Positions 1-8,752 are shown, counted from the stretch's first letter. The stretch: 35,090 bases of DNA from a virus (IMGVR_UViG_3300025066_000080:1-35090), one strand, 5' to 3'. Made by a program: numbers and translations. The notes: generated by a model from the letters alone, not told the origin.

Positions 1-127
1 AGACTGTCATAAGAAGTGTGGACATTCTAGAGAAGAAGAAAAGAAGTACGCACAAATTACTATTCGCTTTCATTTAAGGGAGAAGAATAAATTAGAAAAA
101 GAGGATATTGAGTTTTATCAGGATAAT
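1..127 (+). repeat. Exact 127-bp direct repeat, copy 1 (copy 2 at 34293-34419)
   Basis: Base-by-base identity from agactgtcat to caggataat. First mismatch is 128(a) vs 34420(g). Diverged homology continues to ~690 / ~34985. Confidence 0.97.
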
Positions 128-148
128 ATGTTATTATATCAGGTATGA
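1..148 (+). CDS. 3' end of the HNH endonuclease gene (full copy at 34138-34440)
   Basis: Same sequence as the 3' half of ORF 34138..34440, ending in the ATGA overlap with the next gene. Confidence 0.8.
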   Translation, partial: DCHKKCGHSREEEKKYAQITIRFHLREKNKLEKEDIEFYQDNMLLYQV

Positions 149-339
149 AAGATGAAATAATAAGAGGCTTAAAAAAAGACGGCAAATTTATAATAGATGG
201 AGTAGGAGTATTTGAATTATTGCCACGAAGACAAGGAAAAACATTTTGTGGTTTTAGGAATATGGAAGGAACGCCAAGATTTTCAAAAAGAGTTCGTTTT
301 ACTAGCTCACTTAAATTTAGAAACGAAATATGCAAATAG
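145..339 (+). CDS. Small HU/IHF-like DNA-binding protein (allele A)
   Basis: IDGVGVFEL..R.GK...RVRFTSSLKFR resembles the HU beta-arm (I.GFG.F....R.....P.F.P...LK). The second allele at 34437 is conserved at protein level with mostly synonymous changes. Confidence 0.6.
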   Translation: MKDEIIRGLKKDGKFIIDGVGVFELLPRRQGKTFCGFRNMEGTPRFSKRVRFTSSLKFRNEICK

Positions 340-848
340 ATTTAATAAAAGAGAACGACCAAAACCCTCGTTTGATTAAAGAGGACGCTTTCAATAAATT
401 AGTTGAGTCTATTAAAGAAGATCCCCAAATGCTAGAAGCTCGACCTCTTGTTATAGATGAGAACAATGTAGTGCTTGGTGGGAATATGCGCCTAAAAGCC
501 CTGAAGCACCTAGAGTATAAAGATGTACCTGTTTATAAGGTTGAGGGCTGGACCGAAGAACAAAAACGCAGATTTATAATCAAAGACAATCTATCAGGAG
601 GACAATGGGATTACGATATACTTACATCTGAATATGACGCAGAAGAACTATCAGATTGGGGTATGGAAAACTTAGATAAATATTTGATTGAAGATTCAGA
701 GGAATTAATTGCCGAACCAACAGACAAACCTTTAACTATACAAATCTCTTTTAAAGATAGAGATGAATTGTATGAAGCTAAAGTAGAGATTGAGGGTATT
801 TTAGGTAAATATAATGCCAATCTCTCTGTTTCTGGTGGAGAACTATGA
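330..848 (+). CDS. ParB/Sulfiredoxin N-terminal domain protein (stand-alone allele)
   Basis: NPR.I, L.ESI, RPLVIDE...LGGN.RL.A and ..DN motifs are typical of phage ParB-like proteins found next to terminase and DNA modifiers. Confidence 0.85.
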   Translation: MQIDLIKENDQNPRLIKEDAFNKLVESIKEDPQMLEARPLVIDENNVVLGGNMRLKALKHLEYKDVPVYKVEGWTEEQKRRFIIKDNLSGGQWDYDILTSEYDAEELSDWGMENLDKYLIEDSEELIAEPTDKPLTIQISFKDRDELYEAKVEIEGILGKYNANLSVSGGEL

Positions 849-1423
849 TTTTATATCCAGCAACAAAAAAAGCAGTTCATTATGCAGTTAGAAACTATCA
901 TTATAGTCAAAAAGCCTCTGCAAGATGTTTTGATGTTGCTTTTTCCGTTTTTAATGACAAAAAAGAGTTCTGTGGAGTAATCTGTTATGGGAGAGGTGCA
1001 AATCCAAAGATTGCTTCACCTTATGGATTAAAACAAGGAGAGGTTTTGGAGTTACTAAGAGTTGCACTTAATGGAAAACAAGAAAGCACTTCTAAAGCAA
1101 TATCCATTTCGATTAAACTTTTGAAAAAGGCGAGTCCACTAACAAAAATATTAGTTTCCTATGCAGATAAGGGCCAGAACCATATAGGTATAATATATCA
1201 GGCAACTAATTGGATTTTTGAGACAGAATCAGAAAGTTCTGGATATGAGTACTATAAAGATGGAAAATGGTGGCACTCAAAATCACTTGCAAGATTTGAT
1301 AGGGCGAAAATGGAAAAGAGAAAAATGTCTGGAAAATATAAGTATATATATCCCTTATCAAAAGATATGTTATTATTATGTAAGGAGAGGGGAAAACCTT
1401 ATCCAAAAGCGAATATAGTGTAA
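845..1423 (+). CDS. mom: Mom-family adenine modification enzyme (GNAT-like fold)
   Basis: NYHYS, GVICYG, LELLRVAL, VSYADxxQxHxGIIYQATNWIF and C-terminal KYKYIYPL...PYPK match my recollection of phage Mu Mom homologues. Confidence 0.8.
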   Translation: MILYPATKKAVHYAVRNYHYSQKASARCFDVAFSVFNDKKEFCGVICYGRGANPKIASPYGLKQGEVLELLRVALNGKQESTSKAISISIKLLKKASPLTKILVSYADKGQNHIGIIYQATNWIFETESESSGYEYYKDGKWWHSKSLARFDRAKMEKRKMSGKYKYIYPLSKDMLLLCKERGKPYPKANIV

Positions 1424-1482
1424 TTGGTTATCACGCTCTGCTTCCAGTAGAGAGAAAGAGGTTCAAATCCTACTTATTCGCA
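1409..1482 (+). tRNA. tRNA-Gly(TCC)-like gene with a non-canonical T-stem, overlapping the mom stop codon
   Basis: Cloverleaf: acceptor GCGAATA/TATTCGC, D-arm GTG..CAC with GG, anticodon arm CTCTG-CTTCCAG-TAGAG, T-arm AGAGG-TTCAAAT-CCT(A)CT with a bulged A. Discriminator A; no encoded CCA. Confidence 0.82.
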
Positions 1483-1484
1483 CA

Positions 1485-1823
1485 ATGGCTGATAAAACAG
1501 ATAAAAAACAGAATAAAGACCACCTATTCAAAAAAGGGCAATCTGGTAATCCTAACGGAAGACCTCTTGGGGCTAAGAATTTTACTACTCTCTTTAAAGA
1601 AGCTGTGAAAAAGATTGCAGAAGACACAGGTATTGCTCCAGATGAAATTGAAAAGGACTTAATTATTAAAGGGATTACTGAAGCTAAAAAAGGGAAGTAC
1701 CAGTATCATAAAGATATATTTGACCGAGTATATGGGAAACCCCAAGAAAAGGTTGATATTACGACAAAAGGGGAACAGGTTACTGCAATTAATTATATAA
1801 TTCCAGATGGAAATAAACCTTAA
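1485..1823 (+). CDS. terS: Terminase small subunit (DUF5681-like N-terminus)
   Basis: FKKGQSGNPNGRP motif and DRVYGKP..KVD motif; lies immediately upstream of TerL. Confidence 0.8.
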   Translation: MADKTDKKQNKDHLFKKGQSGNPNGRPLGAKNFTTLFKEAVKKIAEDTGIAPDEIEKDLIIKGITEAKKGKYQYHKDIFDRVYGKPQEKVDITTKGEQVTAINYIIPDGNKP

Positions 1824-3225
1824 ACCAACACCTAAACAACATGAAGCCTACGAGGCTCTGAAAGATAAGGGGAGTCGCTTTGTTGTCTTTGGTGGTGCTG
1901 CTGGAGGTGGTAAATCGTGGTTAGCTTGTGAGTGGATACTAACTATGTGTGTGGCTTATCCCAACACACGTTGGTTTATCGCCAGAAACGAACTAACCAG
2001 ACTAATGGCTTCAACATATGTAACCTTTGGGAAGGTGGCTAAGTGGCATAATGTTGGTGGCTGGGCTTTAAATGGTGGTTATCACTATATTGAATTTAAG
2101 AATGGATCTAGGATTGACCTTATTGATGTTAGAAAAAACCCATCTGATCCCATGTTTGAGAGGTATGGTTCTACTGAATACACTGGTGGAGTACTGGAGG
2201 AGGCAGGAGAGATTGATTTCGGTGCTTTTGATGTTCTTAAATCTCGTGTTGGTAGACACATGAACAAGGACTACAATATTGACCCCAAGATTCTTATTAC
2301 ATGTAATCCCAAAAAGAACTGGTTATATAATTATGTATACAAACCATTTACCGAGGGCAAACTAGAAAAGGAGTTCAGATTTATTCAGAGTTTCTATAAA
2401 GATAATCCATACACGGCTGATACATACGAACAGCAGTTGAAATCTATTAAGGATAAGACTATGAAGGAAAGGCTTTTGTATGGTAACTGGGAATATGAGA
2501 ATAACCCACTAGCATTGATTGAGTATGACGCAATTACAGATATGTTTACTAATACTGTTGATGAATTTGAGGACAAGTTTATGTCTATTGATGTTGCTCG
2601 TTATGGAAGTGATAAGACTGTCTTGATGGTTTGGCAAGGCTTTAGATGTAAAAAGATAGAGTCTTACACAAAGACAGGGCTAGATGTTTTGGCAGAAGAA
2701 ATTAAAAGAATAGCTAAGGAAGAGAGAATACCCTTCAGCAAGATAGTTATTGATGAAGATGGTGTAGGAGGTGGTCTTGTGGATATGCTAAGGGGGTGTA
2801 GAGGATTTATGGCAAACAGGACTCCGTTTAATAACAAGCTAACAGGTAAGCCAGACAACTTTCAGAACCTGAAGACTCAGTGTACTTTCCTATTAGCCGA
2901 CTTCATTAATGACCATAAGATTGCGATAGATTGTGAAGATGAGGATATAAAAAACAACCTAATATCAGAACTAGAAGTTATTCGGCAAAAAGAAGGGGTT
3001 TATGATAGTAAACTCCAGATAGAAAGCAAAGATAAAATAAAGGAGATACTGGGTCACTCTCCTGACTTCTCTGATGCACTGATGATGAGAATGTTCTTTG
3101 AATTACAAAGACCTTTAAAACAAATTGCTGCGGTAGATCCTATTAATACTATGTTAGGGAGGTCTTATCTGAAGGCTAAAAACCCTAATACTGGAGGAGC
3201 AGATAACAATGATGATTATTTATAA
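1807..3225 (+). CDS. terL: Terminase large subunit
   Basis: PTPKQ, Walker A GGAAGGGKS, Walker B-like VLEEAGE, coupling motif TCNP, nuclease motifs SIDVARYGSD and SPDFSDAL. Confidence 0.95.
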   Translation: MEINLKPTPKQHEAYEALKDKGSRFVVFGGAAGGGKSWLACEWILTMCVAYPNTRWFIARNELTRLMASTYVTFGKVAKWHNVGGWALNGGYHYIEFKNGSRIDLIDVRKNPSDPMFERYGSTEYTGGVLEEAGEIDFGAFDVLKSRVGRHMNKDYNIDPKILITCNPKKNWLYNYVYKPFTEGKLEKEFRFIQSFYKDNPYTADTYEQQLKSIKDKTMKERLLYGNWEYENNPLALIEYDAITDMFTNTVDEFEDKFMSIDVARYGSDKTVLMVWQGFRCKKIESYTKTGLDVLAEEIKRIAKEERIPFSKIVIDEDGVGGGLVDMLRGCRGFMANRTPFNNKLTGKPDNFQNLKTQCTFLLADFINDHKIAIDCEDEDIKNNLISELEVIRQKEGVYDSKLQIESKDKIKEILGHSPDFSDALMMRMFFELQRPLKQIAAVDPINTMLGRSYLKAKNPNTGGADNNDDYL

Positions 3226-3230
3226 ACCTA

Positions 3231-3250
3231 TATGGTATAATATATAGCAT
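3231..3250 (+). promoter_or_regulatory. Extended -10 promoter (TGGTATAAT) 9 nt before the portal ATG
   Basis: TATAAT at 3236-3241 preceded by TGG. The same arrangement recurs before several other genes. Confidence 0.6.
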
Positions 3251-4945
3251 ATGAAAGACGAATTTAATATCTTCTCGCAAGTTCAGCTCGAATTAGACGA
3301 TTTCTTTAAAGAAAAAATCAGGATTGGAGGTGCTTCTACTGATGATAAGAAGGGTTATACATTCTCACAGCCAGATACTTTGAATACTATTGTGTATGTT
3401 GGTGGTTCTAAGTTTGAAAAGGGTGAAAAGGAAGGAAAAGTTTACCTTAATAGTTCTGTGTTCCGAGCTGATACTGCCTCAAAGCAGATTGATATTGATT
3501 TCTCAAACATCAAGTTCCTACCTAGTGAACTAAATGACAAGAATATTGCAGTCCTTAAGAGGAGAGAGTTTAAAAGATGGGCTAAAGATACAGGATTTAG
3601 TGTAGATCTTAATGATATGGTTGAGAAATTCCCATTCTGGGGACACTTGGTTGCTAGAGATACTGCTGATGGGTATGAATTAGTGCCTATTACAAAGATT
3701 CGATGCCAACAAGATGCCAAGAGCCTAAATACAGCCTCATATGTGATTATTGAACATGAGATGTTTGCATGGGAAGCACAAGCAATGCCTAACTGGGATC
3801 TATCAGGTATTGAATATAAGTGGGACGATAAAATTACTGTATTAGAACGACACGCCAGAGTGCCTCTAAATTGGTTTAATAAGGTGAAAGGTATAGATGG
3901 TGAAGGTGATGACACTAAATCAATTGATACTGTTTCATATATCGTACAGGATAAGAAAGATAAGAAAAAAGATGGAGGATTGCTATTTATTGAGGAAAAT
4001 AAGAGAGATTTTAAAGAAGCTAAGTGGAAGGATGTTGAAGGTCGATGGTTAGGTATGGGAGAGATTGAGAATAACTTCAATAACCAGAAGGCACGAAATG
4101 CCGTGTTTAACCTACGATTAAGAGGTGCAGTGTGGGCTTCAAAGAATTTATTCCAGTCAGTAGATGAGACAACAGCTAAGAATCTTGTTACCGAAGTTCA
4201 AGATGGTGATGTTATTACCATTACAGATCAGGGAATTACACCTATCAACACTCAGACTAAATCACTAGCTGACTTTAATGCTCTAGATGAGGTTATTGAA
4301 GGAAATAGTGACCAGAAATCATTTACATACGAGGTAGCAACAGGAGAGCAATTAAACTCTGGAACACCATTCAGATTAGGGGCTATTCTATCAAACTCAG
4401 TAAATAATCACTTCGGAATGAAAAGAGAGAAGCTTTCTCTATTCCTAAAAGATGTTTTGTATGAATATGTACTACCTGATTTTAATAAGGACATGAAGAA
4501 GAAGCACTTACTGACTATGGCAAGTGGAGAGGAAGGATATAATGACCTATTTGAGATATACAGAGGGCTAAAGATTACAGAATGGACACATAAGTTCGTA
4601 ATGACTAATGGTCGAGTGCCTAATGAGATAGAACAAGAGAGATTTGAGGCTGGTTTGGGAGAAGACTTTGAGATTGACATCGAAGAAGGAGCGTACGAAA
4701 TACAAGACGCTATTGATATTGTGATTACAGGAGAGGCTGTGAATGTTGAGGCTAAAATGGAAACATTATCTAACCTGTATCAGCTTATGTTACAAAACCA
4801 AGATCCACGAGCTGACTCTGTACTAGAAAAGATTCTCGTAATCCAAGATGAGCAATTACCGAAAGGACAACAAGGAGTAGCACCGAGTACACCAATTCAA
4901 CAAATATCTAACCTAGCACAACAAGACAATGAAGGAACAATATAA
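3251..4945 (+). CDS. Portal protein
   Basis: 564 aa directly after TerL; GRWLGMGEIE resembles the podovirus portal G..G.G..E motif; Gln-rich C-terminus. Confidence 0.75.
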   Translation: MKDEFNIFSQVQLELDDFFKEKIRIGGASTDDKKGYTFSQPDTLNTIVYVGGSKFEKGEKEGKVYLNSSVFRADTASKQIDIDFSNIKFLPSELNDKNIAVLKRREFKRWAKDTGFSVDLNDMVEKFPFWGHLVARDTADGYELVPITKIRCQQDAKSLNTASYVIIEHEMFAWEAQAMPNWDLSGIEYKWDDKITVLERHARVPLNWFNKVKGIDGEGDDTKSIDTVSYIVQDKKDKKKDGGLLFIEENKRDFKEAKWKDVEGRWLGMGEIENNFNNQKARNAVFNLRLRGAVWASKNLFQSVDETTAKNLVTEVQDGDVITITDQGITPINTQTKSLADFNALDEVIEGNSDQKSFTYEVATGEQLNSGTPFRLGAILSNSVNNHFGMKREKLSLFLKDVLYEYVLPDFNKDMKKKHLLTMASGEEGYNDLFEIYRGLKITEWTHKFVMTNGRVPNEIEQERFEAGLGEDFEIDIEEGAYEIQDAIDIVITGEAVNVEAKMETLSNLYQLMLQNQDPRADSVLEKILVIQDEQLPKGQQGVAPSTPIQQISNLAQQDNEGTI

Positions 4946-5159
4946 AGAAAACATTGAGAAGATTAAGGACTCTAACCTTAGAGAGGTTGTTTTAGATGCA
5001 CTAGATGACGCTAAAAATGTCATTGCAGATGCTAGAAATGGAGAATGGACAACGGAAACACGAAAGTGTGCAATTGCCACCATTGATTCTGTACTGTATA
5101 ATAAAATTAAGGTTACAGAAGATTCTAAATCAACTGTTGAACCAGAAGAATGGTTATAA
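4929..5159 (+). CDS. Hypothetical head-module protein
   Basis: 76-aa ORF overlapping the portal end; typical position for a small head gene. Confidence 0.6.
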   Translation: MKEQYKENIEKIKDSNLREVVLDALDDAKNVIADARNGEWTTETRKCAIATIDSVLYNKIKVTEDSKSTVEPEEWL

Positions 5160-5235
5160 GATTATAAATGTCGCTCACAGGTAAGCATGTTCCTGTTAAC
5201 CGCTTGGTAGTAAGCATATCCTACTAAAATAAATT

Positions 5236-5784
5236 ATGAATGATGAAAACAATGAAGAAATTATTGATAACGAAGTTATCGACAATGAAGCAGATGTTAT
5301 TCAGGACAATGATGACGATACTAGCTCTGATGATTCAGATACAGAAGCTGAACTGAAGAAAAAGGACGAAATTATTAGTCAGCTCACAGCAAGAGCAAAA
5401 AAGGCTGAAGCTCTAAATAAAACTAGAGTTAAATCGGAGGAATTACCAAAAACAAATGATGATAAGGAGGATTTATCTAAAACTGTTGGCGAATTAAAAC
5501 ACGCAGAAGAAAAACGACAGTTTGGTTATGAGAATAACCTTACCCCTGACGAAGTAGATTACATTTTTAAGGTTAATAACAACCCTACTCGTGAATTACT
5601 AGAAGACCCGTTTATACGAGGCGGTCTGGATGCAATCAGAACTCAAAAGAGGATTCAAGATAATACACCTTCTAACTCATCTCGTTCACCTAAATTCCAA
5701 GTTCCTAATAAGAAAGATATGACTCCTTCCGAGAAGCAAGAGGCATTCGAGAAGTTCAGAGATGGAAAGCTTAAGAAGAACTAG
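5236..5784 (+). CDS. Putative capsid scaffolding protein
   Basis: Acidic N-terminus, coiled-coil middle, basic C-terminus; directly upstream of the capsid gene. Confidence 0.6.
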   Translation: MNDENNEEIIDNEVIDNEADVIQDNDDDTSSDDSDTEAELKKKDEIISQLTARAKKAEALNKTRVKSEELPKTNDDKEDLSKTVGELKHAEEKRQFGYENNLTPDEVDYIFKVNNNPTRELLEDPFIRGGLDAIRTQKRIQDNTPSNSSRSPKFQVPNKKDMTPSEKQEAFEKFRDGKLKKN

Positions 5785-5812
5785 GATAGTTGAGCGTAAT
5801 TAGAAACAAATT

Positions 5813-6724
5813 ATGGCTTTTTCAGATCCTACAGCTGCATATACTGCCGCAGATTTGGCTTCAATGATCCCAGAAGTATGGACACCGATCGTTAACGAAG
5901 CTAACTTCCCTAAAGCAGTCGCAGCAAACTTCTTCACTGACCTATCAGCTTTCGCAGCAGATGGTGGTGATAGATTCCACGTACCAGACATTTATACTAA
6001 CGTGTTCACTGCTTCAACACAGTCAACACAAGGTAATGCAGTAGTAGACCAGTCACCTGCATCAGTTGACGTATATCTAGATGTTGATATTCACAAGTAT
6101 GTTGCTTGGATTATCGGTAAAAAAGATATGAAACAATTGGCAACAAAGTATGTTCTTAACGAGAAGTATGCTCGTGAAGCTAAGAACGTATTGACAGTAG
6201 CTCTTGAGGATTCAATCTTCGGACTATGGTCATCTCTATCAACAAACGTTGTAGGAGATACAGCAACAGTGGTTACAGATAATGAAATCGTTTCTTCAAT
6301 CGAAGCTCTAGATTCTCTAGACTACGATATGGAAATGACAGCATTCTTCTTCCACCCATTCGTATTCTGGAGACAAGTTTCAACTATCTCTAAGTACTAC
6401 ACATGGAACACATCTCAGCTTCCAATTATCCGAGACGGAAACTTCGGACCAATGGATAAGAGTCGTGGTCTAAGAGGACAGATTTATGGACAACCTATCT
6501 ATGTTTCAACAAGGGTTGTATCAGGTCTATCAACTTATCGTAACTTGTTTGCACACTCATCAGCACTAGGATTCGCTATTCAAGACGGAATCGGAGTTGA
6601 TGCACAATACCTATTGCAAAACTTAGGAACTCTAACAGTCGCAGATATTATCTATGGTGTTGCAGTTCTTCGAGAAGAAGCAGCAGTATTGCTTAACGCA
6701 AACGAAACAGCTATAACTTCATAA
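5813..6724 (+). CDS. Major capsid protein
   Basis: 303 aa; IPEVW N-terminal motif, GD.FHVP, GQIYGQPIYVS, D.IYGV..LR; strong codon bias; followed by a terminator. Confidence 0.85.
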   Translation: MAFSDPTAAYTAADLASMIPEVWTPIVNEANFPKAVAANFFTDLSAFAADGGDRFHVPDIYTNVFTASTQSTQGNAVVDQSPASVDVYLDVDIHKYVAWIIGKKDMKQLATKYVLNEKYAREAKNVLTVALEDSIFGLWSSLSTNVVGDTATVVTDNEIVSSIEALDSLDYDMEMTAFFFHPFVFWRQVSTISKYYTWNTSQLPIIRDGNFGPMDKSRGLRGQIYGQPIYVSTRVVSGLSTYRNLFAHSSALGFAIQDGIGVDAQYLLQNLGTLTVADIIYGVAVLREEAAVLLNANETAITS

Positions 6725-6752
6725 TCTGAAGATAAACAATAGCCAGTTGGGG

Positions 6753-6783
6753 AAAACTCTCTTAATTGAGGGTTTTTTCTTTT
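6753..6783 (+). terminator. Rho-independent terminator after the capsid gene
   Basis: AAAACTCTC-TTAATT-GAGGGTTTT hairpin running into a T tract. Confidence 0.7.
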
Positions 6784-6790
6784 AAAGAAT

Positions 6791-6808
6791 GGTGTTATAA
6801 TAATACCT
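6791..6808 (+). promoter_or_regulatory. Extended -10 promoter driving the glycan operon (leaderless first gene)
   Basis: TGTTATAAT with -10 at 6796-6801, 7 nt before ATG 6809. Confidence 0.6.
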
Positions 6809-7354
6809 ATGACAACAGACCAAAATATTCCTGCTGAAGAGCAAGGAAAGAGTAAACCTCAAAAGACTTGGTTTTTCCAGAGGGGTGATGGAAATATATT
6901 TGCTTGTGGTGAGACAGAAGCTTGGAACTTACTAAATAATCAGAGTAATTGGGCAAGAAGAGACTTTGTTATGCTAGGTATGTCAGATGGTGAGCTATAT
7001 TTTGAGATGCTAAAGAGCAGTAGGACTAAAGTATCTGAACTATTAGAAGAAAAAGGAACTCTAACAGTTGATAGAGATAAGTACCTAGCAACAGAGGACA
7101 GGCTACGCTTTAAAGAACTCAAGGATGAGAATGATGAGATGGTTATTAAGGTTGTAGGAATCCTCAAGGATCTAAACAAAAAGATTGGTGAGATAGATGA
7201 AAAATTAAAGACATTTAATCAGGATTCCATTAATGAAGCCTTTAATGCTGAACTTGAAAAAGCTAGGGGTAATATGATTAAGCCAGATAACCAAGATATT
7301 GTTACTCCAACCCAGAAGGATAGGGAGAAGATACTTAATAATATAAATATCTAA
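6809..7354 (+). CDS. Hypothetical coiled-coil protein
   Basis: 181-aa ORF behind a promoter; no recognised motif. Confidence 0.7.
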   Translation: MTTDQNIPAEEQGKSKPQKTWFFQRGDGNIFACGETEAWNLLNNQSNWARRDFVMLGMSDGELYFEMLKSSRTKVSELLEEKGTLTVDRDKYLATEDRLRFKELKDENDEMVIKVVGILKDLNKKIGEIDEKLKTFNQDSINEAFNAELEKARGNMIKPDNQDIVTPTQKDREKILNNINI

Positions 7355-7355
7355 T

Positions 7356-7751
7356 ATGAAAAAGTTTAAAGATTTAAAACCAGAACATAGAAAGGTGATT
7401 GTTGATATTCAGAAATCAATCCCTAAAGAGTGGACTGATGCTGTAACCCTAGAAGAAGATCTTGCTCCAGTCTCTAAAGAGATAATGGAAAGGGCTTTGG
7501 AAGACCCAGAGGTTGATGAGAAGACAAAGAAGGAGTTTAGATTGGCACTTGATAGTGGTTTCTTTGATAAGAAACTAGAGAAAGAAGACAGTCTTGTAAC
7601 AGAATTGATTGAAGCTTATATTGAAAAGGAGATACTAAAGGCAATAATTAAGAAGGCTTTACCGCCTTTGAAAAAGAAGCAGGACTTTACTAAGGTTTAT
7701 AAAAGATTTAACGATTTAAAAACAAAATATGACAACAGAAAAACAAGCTAA
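7356..7751 (+). CDS. Hypothetical protein
   Basis: 131-aa ORF tightly packed in the operon. Confidence 0.7.
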   Translation: MKKFKDLKPEHRKVIVDIQKSIPKEWTDAVTLEEDLAPVSKEIMERALEDPEVDEKTKKEFRLALDSGFFDKKLEKEDSLVTELIEAYIEKEILKAIIKKALPPLKKKQDFTKVYKRFNDLKTKYDNRKTS

Positions 7752-7944
7752 AAGTGAATTAAAGAGTTTGTGTGAGAAAGAGATTAATAAGTCTAAGATT
7801 ATGATTGCTTTCTATACTGATAGAGCCAGCAAAATGGATGATGAGAAAGATAAGGAAGAAAAGGCAAAGAATCTAATGAAAGCAAAGCAGTTACAGGAGA
7901 ACCAAGACTTTAATCAGGAACTCTATGACTTCATCGGGGAATAA
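7729..7944 (+). CDS. Hypothetical protein
   Basis: 71-aa charged helical ORF overlapping both neighbours. Confidence 0.6.
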   Translation: MTTEKQAKSELKSLCEKEINKSKIMIAFYTDRASKMDDEKDKEEKAKNLMKAKQLQENQDFNQELYDFIGE

Positions 7945-8752
7945 CATAGTCGGCTATGGAATTTGTGGTCCAAATGAGAAGTATCTTGATAAAACTCTTA
8001 AGTGCTTTGATTCTCTTTGCGATACTGTCGTTCTGCTTACTAATAATACCGATCCTGATAGCGTACGAAAGATTAGAGAGATGGGATTTGAAGTTAGAGA
8101 AGACAACAGAGAGTGGGGGCTGAACCAGAACAAGATTAAAGAAGATTTTGTGTCTACTTTAGGAGAATATAATCCTGATTGGCTTGTTTGCTTGGATATG
8201 GATGAGGTGTTACACGTGGAACGAGAAGAATTGGAACAAATGATGACCAAATGTAACTCTATGAGTGTCTACATTGTTAATTTGTGGGAGAAGGGGTGGA
8301 AAAGGAGGTGGAGCTTCTGGAATGTGAGGGTCTGGAAGTGGAATGGGGTGACTAAGTTCGCTAATAGACCACTACATTGTGGATTAGCCCCTGAATGGGC
8401 GTACCACTACGCTTCTGCTGTACCAATACCTTTAATTCACAGGGGTCTGAAAGATAGAGAAGCACGCCAGAGAAAGATAGCACGCTATAAAAAATACGAT
8501 CCAACCGCAAAGTATAGAGATAAGAGCTATTATGACGCTCTAGCAGATGATACTTACGAAGAATATGACCTAGAAAAGATACAGGAATCACTAGATGAGG
8601 AGATCAGGGAAGTAGTAATGAAACAACCACGAGATATAAGGGATAAGAAGTTCTATATAGTTGAAAGTCCTGATGGTAGACAAATGGACATACCAGAGGC
8701 AAGCCTAGAGGAGACTCTAAAGAGAGGATTTAAGTTGATAAATGAGATATGA
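7925..8752 (+). CDS. Glycosyltransferase, GT-A fold (GT2-like)
   Basis: NEKYL..TL, DWLVCLDMDE (DxD motif), LIHRG...R.RK..RY. Confidence 0.8.
   Translation: MTSSGNNIVGYGICGPNEKYLDKTLKCFDSLCDTVVLLTNNTDPDSVRKIREMGFEVREDNREWGLNQNKIKEDFVSTLGEYNPDWLVCLDMDEVLHVEREELEQMMTKCNSMSVYIVNLWEKGWKRRWSFWNVRVWKWNGVTKFANRPLHCGLAPEWAYHYASAVPIPLIHRGLKDREARQRKIARYKKYDPTAKYRDKSYYDALADDTYEEYDLEKIQESLDEEIREVVMKQPRDIRDKKFYIVESPDGRQMDIPEASLEETLKRGFKLINEI

Noticed and set aside
1-127. Physical direct terminal repeat of the virion DNA
   Set aside because: Identity is exactly 127 bp (a common assembler k-mer), starts mid-gene and continues as diverged alleles; better explained as circular overlap plus a strain bubble.
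330-848. Plasmid-prophage partition system
   Set aside because: No ParA and no HTH/parS-binding domain; this ParB-N type accompanies DNA-modification genes beside terminase.
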